Shown: positions 27,859 to 36,978, counted from the first letter of the stretch. The stretch: DNA of 64,000 nt from Candidatus Bruticola sp. (GCA_051874735.1 JBJEGD010000013.1:1-64000); one strand, 5' to 3'. Made by a program: numbers and translations. Notes: generated from the sequence alone by a model not told the origin.

Positions 27859-30615
27859 CTAAAAGAAACGAGAAACTGCAGTGTTTTGTCCAATTTGCGC
27901 ACTAGCAGAAATATCTAGACGAAAATTATCGGGAAGTTCTTCTTCAACTGACCAAATAAGTTTGCATTCCTCTTGAGGAGGAATAGATTTATTCAATATC
28001 GCTTCTCCTTCAGGAATATTGGCGGTAGTTCTGTAATTGTGCAGTTTATCTGACCATACCCACCATTTAACAGAGAGAGGGCCTCCGCAGTAAAAAGGCT
28101 TGTGGCCTATGTTTTTTAGAACGAGAAAACCTCCGTATTTAGAAGAGGATATCACTTCTTTTACGCGCAAATTTTCGTCAATATTTTCAGAAACTAAATA
28201 ATCGACTCTTTGACTTTCCAACAGATTCTGCCAACAGCGGCCGTCTGTACTATAAGACCAAGTAAGTTGATAGCGACCTTCTTCGAGGGGAGGACAGAGT
28301 ACTCCGCTGATATTTTGACCTTGAGCCCAGAAAGATACGGGCAACTGTGCTTGCTGTCTGCGGGAGGTATCCGGATGAATAGATTTAAAGGAAGCCCTGA
28401 GCCAGCCGTTAATTGGCTCAGATAGTTTTATTTTGATGGGATAAGCTTGTCCATACATCCAACTGTTGGCGGGAGGTATGCCTTCTGTTCGAATTTTAGG
28501 ACTAGACAATGTAGTTAGGCCAGCTTGATCTTGAGGATAGGGTATATCGTTAATAATTTTATACAATAAACATTGCTTGGAACGGCCGAACGTTTTGATT
28601 AAAGTTATTTCTGGCTTGGCGCTGCGCAGTCTATCAGAAAAATTAGGGGGAAATTTTTGCATTTCGCTGAGCGTCAGGGGAGTTTCTGTTACTAGCCAAT
28701 CAGCTCCTAGCCCAGCAATAAGCGATATATCGCGCTCTTTTTGAAAAGCTACGGTACTGCTGTTGGGCAGATATGGACAAGTGCCTAAAGGCTGCCAGCG
28801 TGGTGGCAGCGCATGTTCGCAGGGGAGCGTTCCGGATAAGCCGCTGAAGGCTGCACATTTTAAAAATTGTTGATAAGTGTGCTTATGTTCTCTCCATACA
28901 GTATTTTTGGTGCCAGGATGTTGCCAAAGCCAGTCAGCTAATTCCAGATCGCGCTGATTCAACTGTAATTCTGGTCGGCTTAGCAACCAACGTTCTGATG
29001 AAGGGTACCAGGGGAGAAGTACTCGGATGGCTGTTTGCGAATTTTTTTGAGCTTCAATGATAATGTTATTAATTAGGCGCTGAGCGCCTAATATGTTGGC
29101 CGTAACAAATAATAAGAAAGTGCATACTGCTGCTCGGCGGGCCCACTGACCTTTAATTTTTGCTATGTGATCCAGTATATCTGCTGCTGCCAAAGACATG
29201 AGGCCGGTAAAACCAACTCCAGCTGCAAACTCCCAGCGAAAGTATTCCGCTTCTTGAATGGGACCGAAATCTACCAAAGCTGGGGTAAAATAGGCAGATA
29301 TTCCCAACAGTCCGAACATATAGCCGCAAATACTGCGCCTGTATATAGCCCACAAAAGAGTAAAGGGAGCCAGCCAAGTGGGCAGCCAATGGAGTACCAG
29401 CATTTTAAAACTGAATATAGAGCTGTAGCCGCCGTCGTCTAAAATGGGGCGATAGTGGCGGAACATAGCTGTGTTTAAGGCACCGGAAAAGCGTTGGTAA
29501 GGATCTGCTCCCAAACGGATCGCCAGAAAATGATGCTTAGGAAAGGATATAGAACTGGAGTTAGTTTCTGCGGAGCTGTGAGCTTCATTGATTGAAGTTA
29601 CTGTCATTTGGGAATAGACGCTCTGCCTGGCCAGTTGTCCCAGCATGCCTCCGTGAGCTGCACTTATAATTAAACTGCCTAAGACGCTCATAATTGCGAT
29701 ACTTAACAATGTCTTTGTCACAGAAGTGCGCCTACGACAGACGATTAATGAGCCGGCTATGAAGCAAGTTAGCACTAAAATTAAGTAGGTTTCGCAGATT
29801 AAACCGTAAGTGCCAGCAATAATTACGGTGAGAATAATTTTAGGCCAATGCAGGGGCCAATGTTCTCTAGCCTTATATATGATATCTACAAATAAACCTA
29901 AAAGCAGCCCTAAAATTGTAAACGCCAATAAGTCTCCATTGTCAAATGCATCCATTAAACCGGCTTTCCCACCGACGTTTACTCCAAAAAAAAGAAAAAA
30001 AACTCCCCAAACCCCAGCTCGGGAACTGTTGGATATTTTTCTAATAACTAGAGCCCAGAGAAAAATGCTGCTGAGCATGAGAAAGAAATCACTGATCCAG
30101 GCCGCTCTGATAGTATCTCCGCCAGCGGCACTGGCTAGAATGGCAGTCAGAATTTGGTTAGAGAAGTGGCCATTTAAATTAATCCAGGGAAAAAACGGGT
30201 GACAAACTGGCAGACCGTTTTTGATCAGAGCTCGGGATATGGGAAAAGAAGACCAAAAATCGGGAGGCAGTTGCATGAGCTGAACAGCATGCATATAGAA
30301 AAGGCTGACCGTAATGGTAATAAAAAACAGCAATTTCTGCATTTTAGTAAAAGGTGGCGGTTGTATCTCCTGAACTGGAGGAATTTTGACCACCAAACCA
30401 ATACCGGCAAAAATAAGCGTGCAAATAATTAAGCACCATTTCACCGGTAGCCACACAATTGCTACGGTGCTAAAGCCTATAACTCCGACTAAACCTATGG
30501 GAAGAGCCATAGCTTTTGCTAAGTTCAGGTCGTATATCTCCAGCCAAGCTGCTGCTATTTTGTATCCGCCCCAAGCTAATACCAAGAGGACAGCAATAAG
30601 CAATATATCCAACAT
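27859..30615 (-). CDS. Large polytopic membrane protein with an extracytoplasmic C-terminal region (possible GT-C-type transferase)
   Basis: About 13 hydrophobic segments in the N-terminal 520 aa, a first loop with DFW...HPFFP...H, and a beta-rich C-terminus. Confidence 0.55.
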   Translation of the reverse strand: MLDILLIAVLLVLAWGGYKIAAAWLEIYDLNLAKAMALPIGLVGVIGFSTVAIVWLPVKWCLIICTLIFAGIGLVVKIPPVQEIQPPPFTKMQKLLFFITITVSLFYMHAVQLMQLPPDFWSSFPISRALIKNGLPVCHPFFPWINLNGHFSNQILTAILASAAGGDTIRAAWISDFFLMLSSIFLWALVIRKISNSSRAGVWGVFFLFFGVNVGGKAGLMDAFDNGDLLAFTILGLLLGLFVDIIYKAREHWPLHWPKIILTVIIAGTYGLICETYLILVLTCFIAGSLIVCRRRTSVTKTLLSIAIMSVLGSLIISAAHGGMLGQLARQSVYSQMTVTSINEAHSSAETNSSSISFPKHHFLAIRLGADPYQRFSGALNTAMFRHYRPILDDGGYSSIFSFKMLVLHWLPTWLAPFTLLWAIYRRSICGYMFGLLGISAYFTPALVDFGPIQEAEYFRWEFAAGVGFTGLMSLAAADILDHIAKIKGQWARRAAVCTFLLFVTANILGAQRLINNIIIEAQKNSQTAIRVLLPWYPSSERWLLSRPELQLNQRDLELADWLWQHPGTKNTVWREHKHTYQQFLKCAAFSGLSGTLPCEHALPPRWQPLGTCPYLPNSSTVAFQKERDISLIAGLGADWLVTETPLTLSEMQKFPPNFSDRLRSAKPEITLIKTFGRSKQCLLYKIINDIPYPQDQAGLTTLSSPKIRTEGIPPANSWMYGQAYPIKIKLSEPINGWLRASFKSIHPDTSRRQQAQLPVSFWAQGQNISGVLCPPLEEGRYQLTWSYSTDGRCWQNLLESQRVDYLVSENIDENLRVKEVISSSKYGGFLVLKNIGHKPFYCGGPLSVKWWVWSDKLHNYRTTANIPEGEAILNKSIPPQEECKLIWSVEEELPDNFRLDISASAQIGQNTAVSRFF

Positions 30616-30725
30616 ATCCTATTTTTTTTGTCCTTCTTTGCAAATGTTAGAAAATATACAATTATTTCGACTATTAGCAGCAGAAGCTGAAATATGTGGG
30701 TATTTATTTTATGGCAGTTATTGAA

Positions 30726-31316
30726 TTAATCGAGTTTGTGTACGATATGCTCAATAATTTCACACAAAATGTGGCCTATAGCAATATGGCTCTCCTGAAT
30801 GCGGCAAGTACGTTGAGAGGATACTACTATAGATACGTCACATAAATCTTTCAATTTCCCTCCTTCTCTGCCCGTGAGTCCAATGACTTGCCCTCCTTTT
30901 TGATGTGCTGATTCTGCTGCCAGGTTGATGCTGGTAGAGTTTCCGGAAGTTGATATAGCAATAAGTATATCTCCGGAACGCATGAGAGCTTTAACCTGTC
31001 GAGCAAAGACCGTCTCGTAGCCGAAATCGTTAGCTAACGCCGTGAGGCAGGAAGTATCAGTAGTGAGGGCTACGGCCGGCAAGCAGTTATCGTGTTCGAA
31101 GCGACCTACTAATTCTGCGGCAATATGCTGTGCATCTGCCGCACTACCTCCGTTTCCAGCCAAAAATATGGTATGCCCTTGGCTGAGACAGTCGGCCATC
31201 ATTTGTCCAGCTAAGCTGATATTGTCAGTATCTAGCATTAATTTAGCTTTTGTATCTATAGATTCTTGTAAAGAAGCTTTGATGAGATTACTCCAATTAT
31301 TCATAAATGTAGGCAA
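30726..31316 (-). CDS. gmhA: Phosphoheptose isomerase
   Basis: GNGGSAADAQHIAAELVGRF, LTTDTS, ANDFG, ISTSGNS, RIQESH. Confidence 0.95.
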   Translation of the reverse strand: MPTFMNNWSNLIKASLQESIDTKAKLMLDTDNISLAGQMMADCLSQGHTIFLAGNGGSAADAQHIAAELVGRFEHDNCLPAVALTTDTSCLTALANDFGYETVFARQVKALMRSGDILIAISTSGNSTSINLAAESAHQKGGQVIGLTGREGGKLKDLCDVSIVVSSQRTCRIQESHIAIGHILCEIIEHIVHKLD

Positions 31317-31580
31317 CTTTCTTTAATATTGACTATTAACAAATTTATTCGGTAAAAACAGCATTGTTTTAGTAGGTGGATAAGTAATTTAGCCCTAAGC
31401 TGTGCGTAGAGCTTTTCCGTTTGCTCAGTTAAAATCCTGGTGGCTGGAAACAAGATGCTAGCTTCAGCCGTTTGTGGACTCTTCTCTTAATATATAACTT
31501 AGGCTATTTTTTAACTAGACTTTAGGTCATAGTGGTGGGATACACATGATATAGTTATTTATTGAAGTAGAGGTAAAGAA

Positions 31581-32006
31581 ATGACCATCGAAGCAATTGG
31601 GGCTGCCAATGAAAAAAAAGATTCTCCAGCTCAGCAAATAATGGAGTTTATGCGTCAGCGCTATCAAGCTGAAGCGCTCAGTCAGCAAAATCCTCAGGCT
31701 GCTCAAGTTGTTGGACTGCAAGCTTCTCAAGTCTCCAATCCAGTTGGAGTAGTTGCCGATTCTGTAACTCTTTCCGATGAATCCATAGCCGCTTCGGGCA
31801 ATTTGTTGGGCGGTATTACACCAGAAATCGCTGGAGCTACAGGCTTAGCTTCATCCCAATTTGTGGGAGGAGTTAATCAAAGTGAAGAGGGCATGTCTAT
31901 GAATTCTCATTTTACTCCTTCAATGCCCGCTCCCGATGAAAATGCTCCTGCTCCTAGCAGTGGCGTGCCTAGTTTAATCAATCGATTAGCGGCCCTTTTC
32001 GAATAA
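31581..32006 (+). CDS. Hypothetical low-complexity protein
   Basis: 141-aa ORF with SD GAGG; Q/A/S/P-rich; DSVTLSDES motif. Confidence 0.6.
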   Translation: MTIEAIGAANEKKDSPAQQIMEFMRQRYQAEALSQQNPQAAQVVGLQASQVSNPVGVVADSVTLSDESIAASGNLLGGITPEIAGATGLASSQFVGGVNQSEEGMSMNSHFTPSMPAPDENAPAPSSGVPSLINRLAALFE

Positions 32007-32141
32007 ACTTGTTGAGGCCGAGCTTAAACTTTTTCTGAAAAATAGGGTAATAGGGTTGTAGACTATTAATCGGCTTCAGCAAAAAATGGAGCTATTAGAA
32101 GCTCTGTTCTTTGCTGAAACCATCAAGTAAAGAATAAACCA

Positions 32142-33308
32142 TTAAAGGTTATCCCAGACTATTTTGCTTATATGGCCGATAGCTTGGGCTGCTTCGTCGT
32201 TTCGTCCAGATCCTACATTTTTGATAAACACAGTAATGGCCACCGGATTGCCTCTTTTGCTAATAATAAGGCCGCTGTCGTTAACTACTCCGCTAATTGT
32301 GCCAGTTTTATGATAAGTTTTGCTTCCTTTGGGCAAGTAGCGGGGAATGCGTGAATTATACTTTTGTTTAGCCAAAATGGATAAAGCGTAATCTGTCCAA
32401 TCGGGAGAAAGAATTTCTTGGCGCCATAGTTTGGTCAGCAACTGGGAAAAGTCGTCAGGAGAACTCTGGTTATCTACAGTTTCGGCTACAACCCTCTGCT
32501 GACTGAAACTGTATTTAGAGCCAGACTGATCTTCCATAGCTTGGAATTGGCTTCTACTAAGATCTTTATTAGCTTCCTCTACTTCTTTTGCCAAATTCCG
32601 ACGCTGCTGTATAGTTAATCCCTGCCAAATATGTGCGATCCGTTCTGGGTTGTCATCGGGAAGAATGCTGCCTTCGCCTAAGCAGATTAGCCAAGCTTGA
32701 CGGTTACTCATAAAAATAGAATTATCATACAATCTTAGATCGCTCATCAGTCTGTCTAAACTGTCTACCCCTATTAAATGGATTAACATATCGGTAGCAG
32801 TATTGTCGGAGATGTATATCATAAGAGTTAGAACTTTATCAAGAGTTATTTTACTGTTAACCGGAGCGTTTATAAGCTCTCCGCTGCCAATGCAATAGTC
32901 TTCCTTTTTTATAGTCAGCTGTTTGTCAATATTGAAAGGTAGAGTATCGTTCTGTAACTGTCGGCAAGTTTCAATAAGAACTGGTATTTTAAAAACGCTG
33001 GCCAAAGGGAACTGCTTGTTCCCTTGATGAGAAAGCTTAGCAGAAGTTGGAATGTGGATAACGGAATAGCCTATATCCAACTCGGGATACGCTTTTACCT
33101 GAGATTGCAGCAGTTCTTGAACTTTTTTCACCCGCTCAGAAGTTACAGGTTGCAGTTTTTGTTCCGAATACGGAGATGCTAATTCCGACTGAGCAATAGT
33201 GGTGTCTCCATCGGGCGCTGCCGGCTGTTCAGCAAGGGCCTGGATACTTCCAAACAGCATTATTAATGCTAAACTAGCAATTAGAGCATAAAAAGTACAC
33301 TTGTTCAT
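32142..33308 (-). CDS. Class A beta-lactamase-like serine hydrolase (PBP-like)
   Basis: Signal peptide; FPLASVFK (SxxK), ISDN, HKTG, NDSG; omega-loop region replaced by a long insert. Confidence 0.85.
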   Translation of the reverse strand: MNKCTFYALIASLALIMLFGSIQALAEQPAAPDGDTTIAQSELASPYSEQKLQPVTSERVKKVQELLQSQVKAYPELDIGYSVIHIPTSAKLSHQGNKQFPLASVFKIPVLIETCRQLQNDTLPFNIDKQLTIKKEDYCIGSGELINAPVNSKITLDKVLTLMIYISDNTATDMLIHLIGVDSLDRLMSDLRLYDNSIFMSNRQAWLICLGEGSILPDDNPERIAHIWQGLTIQQRRNLAKEVEEANKDLSRSQFQAMEDQSGSKYSFSQQRVVAETVDNQSSPDDFSQLLTKLWRQEILSPDWTDYALSILAKQKYNSRIPRYLPKGSKTYHKTGTISGVVNDSGLIISKRGNPVAITVFIKNVGSGRNDEAAQAIGHISKIVWDNL

Positions 33309-33477
33309 AACATTTGAAATAAGATCTCCTTACAGCGCCTTCTGTTTATGAGTTTTAACTGAATCCCTGCTCTATCGATTATGATTAACAATAGCGTTCT
33401 CTTTATCTTAATAGCGCCAAAGTACATAAACTAAGTATATGTTTTGAATTACAAGTATGAATTGCTAGGATAATCCC

Positions 33478-33506
33478 TTGTCAAAAAGTTTTGTTTGTTG
33501 TATTCT
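33478..33506 (+). promoter_or_regulatory. Putative sigma70-type promoter ahead of a structured non-coding region
   Basis: TTGTCA-17 nt-TATTCT. Confidence 0.4.
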
Positions 33507-33746
33507 ATCAGACGGCATATAGTGCCTTTGTTAGTCTTTGTTAAGGTTCCGGCACTCCTTAGCCAGCGATAGTGTTCCCTCTTCTGAAAGGGAGCGCCGG
33601 TGGTGCGCCTTGGTAAAAAGAGAATATTTTTTTCATTTGCCTGCAGCATAAAATAATATACGGGCTGGGGTTGTTCCCCGCGATCGGTGCTTCGCTCTGA
33701 GCTCCTCTCCCAGTCTTGGATCTCAGATTTAGCTTTGTATCGGGAT

Positions 33747-33776
33747 TTGACAGCTCGTTTGGTTCTGTGATAGACT
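33747..33776 (+). promoter_or_regulatory. Putative sigma70-type promoter of rplU
   Basis: TTGACA-18 nt-TAGACT with an extended TG. Confidence 0.55.
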
Positions 33777-33784
33777 CTCCTCTC

Positions 33785-33850
33785 ACTTAACCTGGATGTG
33801 CGGGTGGCCCGTCCTTCTACGAGGTATCGGGTTAAAATTTAGGAGGTTAC
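33785..33850 (+). promoter_or_regulatory. Structured 5' leader of rplU (position of the L21 leader)
   Basis: TTAACCTG...CGGGTTAA stem closes immediately before SD AGGAGG; family assignment not verified. Confidence 0.4.
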
Positions 33851-33854
33851 TTCA

Positions 33855-34169
33855 GTGTACGCCGTGGTAGAAACAGGGGGCAAACAGTACCGTGTTGCTC
33901 CTGGACAGAATGTTCGTGTAGATCGCTTAGAGGGCGAGCTCGGTTCTGATGTCTCTTTAGATCGCGTCCTTGCTATTGTGGACGATAATCATAATTTAAT
34001 TGCTGGTAATCCCACTGTTGCCGGTGCTGTTGTGTCCGCTCGTATTGTTGAGCAGCACAGGGAGCGCAAAGTGTTGGTCTTTAAGTATGCTAAACGCAAA
34101 CGCCGCCGTGTAAAGACCGGTTCCCGCCGCTATTACACCACTTTGCACATTGGTGAGATTAGGAACTAG
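33855..34169 (+). CDS. rplU: 50S ribosomal protein L21
   Basis: MYAVVETGGKQYRV...KVLVFKY; GTG start, SD AGGAGG. Confidence 0.97.
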   Translation: MYAVVETGGKQYRVAPGQNVRVDRLEGELGSDVSLDRVLAIVDDNHNLIAGNPTVAGAVVSARIVEQHRERKVLVFKYAKRKRRRVKTGSRRYYTTLHIGEIRN

Positions 34170-34175
34170 CCTCTT

Positions 34176-34652
34176 TTGATCCGGGTTAGTCTGCAGTCTG
34201 ACACTCGCGGTCAGATAAAGGTTTTCGTCTGTATCGGCCATGCCGGTCTTGTTGTAGAAAGTGGTGGCGAGGATCTTTTGTGCGCGGGTGTCTCTGCCTT
34301 GTGTGGTGCCCTAGCCATTGGCCTTGAGCGAGTGGTTAGGGCTTCTGTTTTTATTAGGGAAGGAAGAGGCCTTTTCTACATTAGGTTGGAAGAGGTTAAT
34401 CCTGAATTAATTGACAAAGCTCAGGTTCTATTCAACTCTACTGCAGAAGCGCTGAGAGAGTTATCTTGCTATAACGAGGGATTTTTAACTGTACAAAATT
34501 TTACGGAATCAGATCCGTTTCCAACGGTGGAAGATTGCGAAGCAGAAGTTGAAGCTGAAAACGAGGCGGAGAATAGTTCAGACTTCGATGAATGTAGTAT
34601 AGAACTGGGAACAGAAGCTGAACTTAGGACACTAAATGAGGCGGTAGAGTAG
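34176..34652 (+). CDS. prp: Ribosomal-processing cysteine protease Prp (YsxB) with an acidic C-terminal tail
   Basis: GHA and DLLCAGVSAL catalytic His/Cys motifs; directly after rplU. Confidence 0.85.
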   Translation: MIRVSLQSDTRGQIKVFVCIGHAGLVVESGGEDLLCAGVSALCGALAIGLERVVRASVFIREGRGLFYIRLEEVNPELIDKAQVLFNSTAEALRELSCYNEGFLTVQNFTESDPFPTVEDCEAEVEAENEAENSSDFDECSIELGTEAELRTLNEAVE

Positions 34653-34809
34653 TACCTTTTCAGTTTGCAAGTCTGTTTCGTGGGCGGTTTCCCTAGGCTT
34701 TAGGCAGGTTAAAAAACTCAGTTAAAGGATTTTTTTGGGCTGTCAGTGAAAAAACTGGCCGGGGAGCTGGCTGTTTTATCAAGCCTCACGTACAACAAGG
34801 AGGATAGAC

Positions 34810-35052
34810 ATGACTGAATTCATAGAAAGAATGAGTTTAGACGATCTCGATTTCGGAGACGGACGCTGCTCGTCTGAAGATACGCCTTTTACTCCTGCAA
34901 AGCTTATAGGTGTTGCTTGTTTAGGGGCAGCTGTGGCTTTGTCAGGTTACTACATATACTCTTCATTGGGTAGTGAAGACAAAGCTCGTCTGCGCGACGG
35001 GGTGCTTAATTTTGTATCTGAAAGGGTCAAGCCCGTACTGCCTCCCAGTTAA
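34810..35052 (+). CDS. Small single-pass membrane protein of unknown function
   Basis: Strong SD AAGGAGG; TM LIGVACLGAAVALSGYYIY; no L27 motifs. Confidence 0.7.
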   Translation: MTEFIERMSLDDLDFGDGRCSSEDTPFTPAKLIGVACLGAAVALSGYYIYSSLGSEDKARLRDGVLNFVSERVKPVLPPS

Positions 35053-35183
35053 CCGATTAGCTGAGAAGAGCGCCTGTTGACATTCGTTAGCTTACAGCTG
35101 CTTTCTATGTGTGTTTTTGTGGAAAGACCTAAGGGAGGAGACAGACGCTGCCCGCATAATAATTAATGCTGTCAGAGTTAGCC

Positions 35184-35230
35184 CAAGAATTTGGCTGCGT
35201 TTTGATGCGGTCAGGTTCTTGTTCTTTTTC
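35184..35230 (+). terminator. Intrinsic terminator (G-U-rich 17-bp stem)
   Basis: CAAGAATTTGGCTGCGT-TTTG-ATGCGGTCAGGTTCTTG followed by TTCTTTTTC. Confidence 0.6.
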
Positions 35231-35310
35231 AGCCCCGTAATTAGGCTTGGCTGCCGACTTAATTATAAGGCTTCTTTATACGGCTGACCCGGAAGGAAAG
35301 GCATCTGCTT

Positions 35311-35937
35311 TTGACAAGACTAAACCTGTTTATTATCGCTATTCTAGTAGTTGCAGCTGATCTTGCCACCAAATATTTAGTATATACCCGTATGGCTCTT
35401 CATGAGACCATAAAGCTGCCGGTTGGTTTTTTACAGCTTACTTATGTGCAGAATTTCGGCGGTGCTTTTGGTATATTTCCTCATCAAAGAATTTTTTTCA
35501 TATGCGCAGCTCTGGCCTCTATATTTTGCGTGCTCTATTTTTTTAATGAAATTAGGGAAATGGGGAGAATTTGCTTTACTGCAGCTGCACTATTGTTGGG
35601 TGGCTCTATAGGCAACCTTATCGATCGCATACGGTTCGGCTATGTGGTAGATTTTTTAGATCTGCGTTGGTGGCCAGTTTTTAATATAGCTGATATCGCC
35701 CTTACGGTGGGAGTGGCTCTGCTTTTTATTGATTTAATTGTTTGTCTTCACTTGTTTAAAAATGATGTAAGTGATTCTAGTTCGCTTAGTAATAGCCAGG
35801 TCGAGGTAATAGAGCAGAGCCGTGAGCAGCAGGCTATCAAAAATGTAGATAATAGTACGGCTAATAATTCAGTTGTATCTGACAGTTCCTGTGCAAAAAT
35901 AGGGGAAGATACTTCCTCTAACAGTGCATCTGCCTAA
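35311..35937 (+). CDS. lspA: Lipoprotein signal peptidase (SPase II) with a Ser-rich C-terminal tail
   Basis: DLATK, NFGGAFG, GGSIGNLIDR, VVDF, WPVFNIAD. Confidence 0.95.
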   Translation: MTRLNLFIIAILVVAADLATKYLVYTRMALHETIKLPVGFLQLTYVQNFGGAFGIFPHQRIFFICAALASIFCVLYFFNEIREMGRICFTAAALLLGGSIGNLIDRIRFGYVVDFLDLRWWPVFNIADIALTVGVALLFIDLIVCLHLFKNDVSDSSSLSNSQVEVIEQSREQQAIKNVDNSTANNSVVSDSSCAKIGEDTSSNSASA

Positions 35938-35990
35938 TTGCGGCGTTATTATTAATTTTGTATTATGTTCTGACCTGTGGAGGTCCTAAC

Positions 35991-36833
35991 ATGCATTCTA
36001 TTCTTTTCCAAATAGGCAGCTTCCCTATCTATACGTACGGCTTAATTTTGGCTATAGCTATTTCCAGTGGCCTGATTTTTGCTGGTTACTTAGCTCGCAA
36101 GCGGGGAATCGATCCGTTTGATATGATCGATATAGGTTTATTGTCTGTAATTGTAGGATTGCTGGGAGCTAGGTTAGGTTACGTTATTCAGCATCCTGAA
36201 ACATTTGCTCATAATCTTTTTAGTGTATTAAACTTTAGGTTGGGCGGCATTACTATTATTGGTGGTATTATCTTCGGTTATTTAGCTTTGGCGTTTTTTT
36301 GCCGCCGCTACAAGCTTTCTCCTTGGCTGTGCATAGATCTTTATACCGCTCCGCTGCTGTGGGGGATGGCTGTGGGCCGTTTAGGATGCATCGCTCAGGG
36401 GTGCTGTCCCGGCAAAGTTTGCGATCCCACAGTTTTAGGAGCTATGTATTATCCTTTAGGTAGTCCGTTAGGAACAGCACCGCGTTACCCTTCGCAAGTT
36501 TACGAATTGCTGCTCGATTTAATTTTAATGGCCTTTTGTTTGTGGTTTTTCTGCCGTAAAAATAAGTTTCAAGGACAAACATTTTGGTTGGGAGTGAGTG
36601 GTTACTCGCTTATCCGCTTTTTTGTAGAATTTTTTCGAGATAGCAAAATGTGTGGATATTTTTCCTTAGCTCAGTGGGTTTGCCTAGCTATGTTTGTTAT
36701 AGCTGCTCTGGGAGCTTTCGGCGTTTTTGGCAAAGAGGAATTAGTCAGCTATAAACTGTCAGAAAATGAGTCTGATGAGAGGCAGAAAAAACAAAATTCG
36801 GTACAGCCTCTGTCTGTGTCAGAAGAAAAATAA
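35991..36833 (+). CDS. lgt: Prolipoprotein diacylglyceryl transferase
   Basis: IYTYG, GARLGYV, GGITIIGG, GRLGC...GCC, PSQVYE, RFFVEFFR; ATG 35991 after GGAGG. Confidence 0.93.
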   Translation: MHSILFQIGSFPIYTYGLILAIAISSGLIFAGYLARKRGIDPFDMIDIGLLSVIVGLLGARLGYVIQHPETFAHNLFSVLNFRLGGITIIGGIIFGYLALAFFCRRYKLSPWLCIDLYTAPLLWGMAVGRLGCIAQGCCPGKVCDPTVLGAMYYPLGSPLGTAPRYPSQVYELLLDLILMAFCLWFFCRKNKFQGQTFWLGVSGYSLIRFFVEFFRDSKMCGYFSLAQWVCLAMFVIAALGAFGVFGKEELVSYKLSENESDERQKKQNSVQPLSVSEEK

Positions 36834-36850
36834 TAATTAGGGGACTCAAA

Positions 36851-36884
36851 AATAAACCGCTCTCTGTACAGAAAGCGGTTTATT
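36851..36884. terminator. Bidirectional terminator between lgt and the tRNA
   Basis: AATAAACCGCT...AGCGGTTTATT. Confidence 0.75.
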
Positions 36885-36905
36885 TATAGAGAACATGCTA
36901 TTTAG

Positions 36906-36978
36906 CGTCTCCGGTGCGATTTGAACGCACGGCCCCTCGCTTAGGAGGCGAGTGCTCTATCCCCTGAGCTACGGAGAC
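36906..36978 (-). tRNA. tRNA-Arg (anticodon CCT); CCA not encoded
   Basis: GTCTCCG acceptor, TAGCTCAGGGGATAGAGC D-arm, CTCGC-CT-CCT-AA-GCGAG anticodon arm, GTGCG-TTCAAAT-CGCAC T-arm, CGGAGAC-G. Confidence 0.97.

Noticed and set aside
33449-33786. Two short minus-strand ORFs (66 and 75 aa) in the intergenic region before rplU
   Set aside because: No clear SD or protein-like motifs; the region is better explained by promoters and RNA structure
35281-35305. CCGGAAGGAA resembling the SRP RNA domain IV loop
   Set aside because: Flanks lack the CAGG...GCAGC pairing and the long stem; better explained as the purine-rich RBS of lspA
36906-36978. tRNA-Arg as an integration site for a mobile element
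   Set aside because: No integrase and no duplicated tRNA 3' end seen; flanking genes are housekeeping
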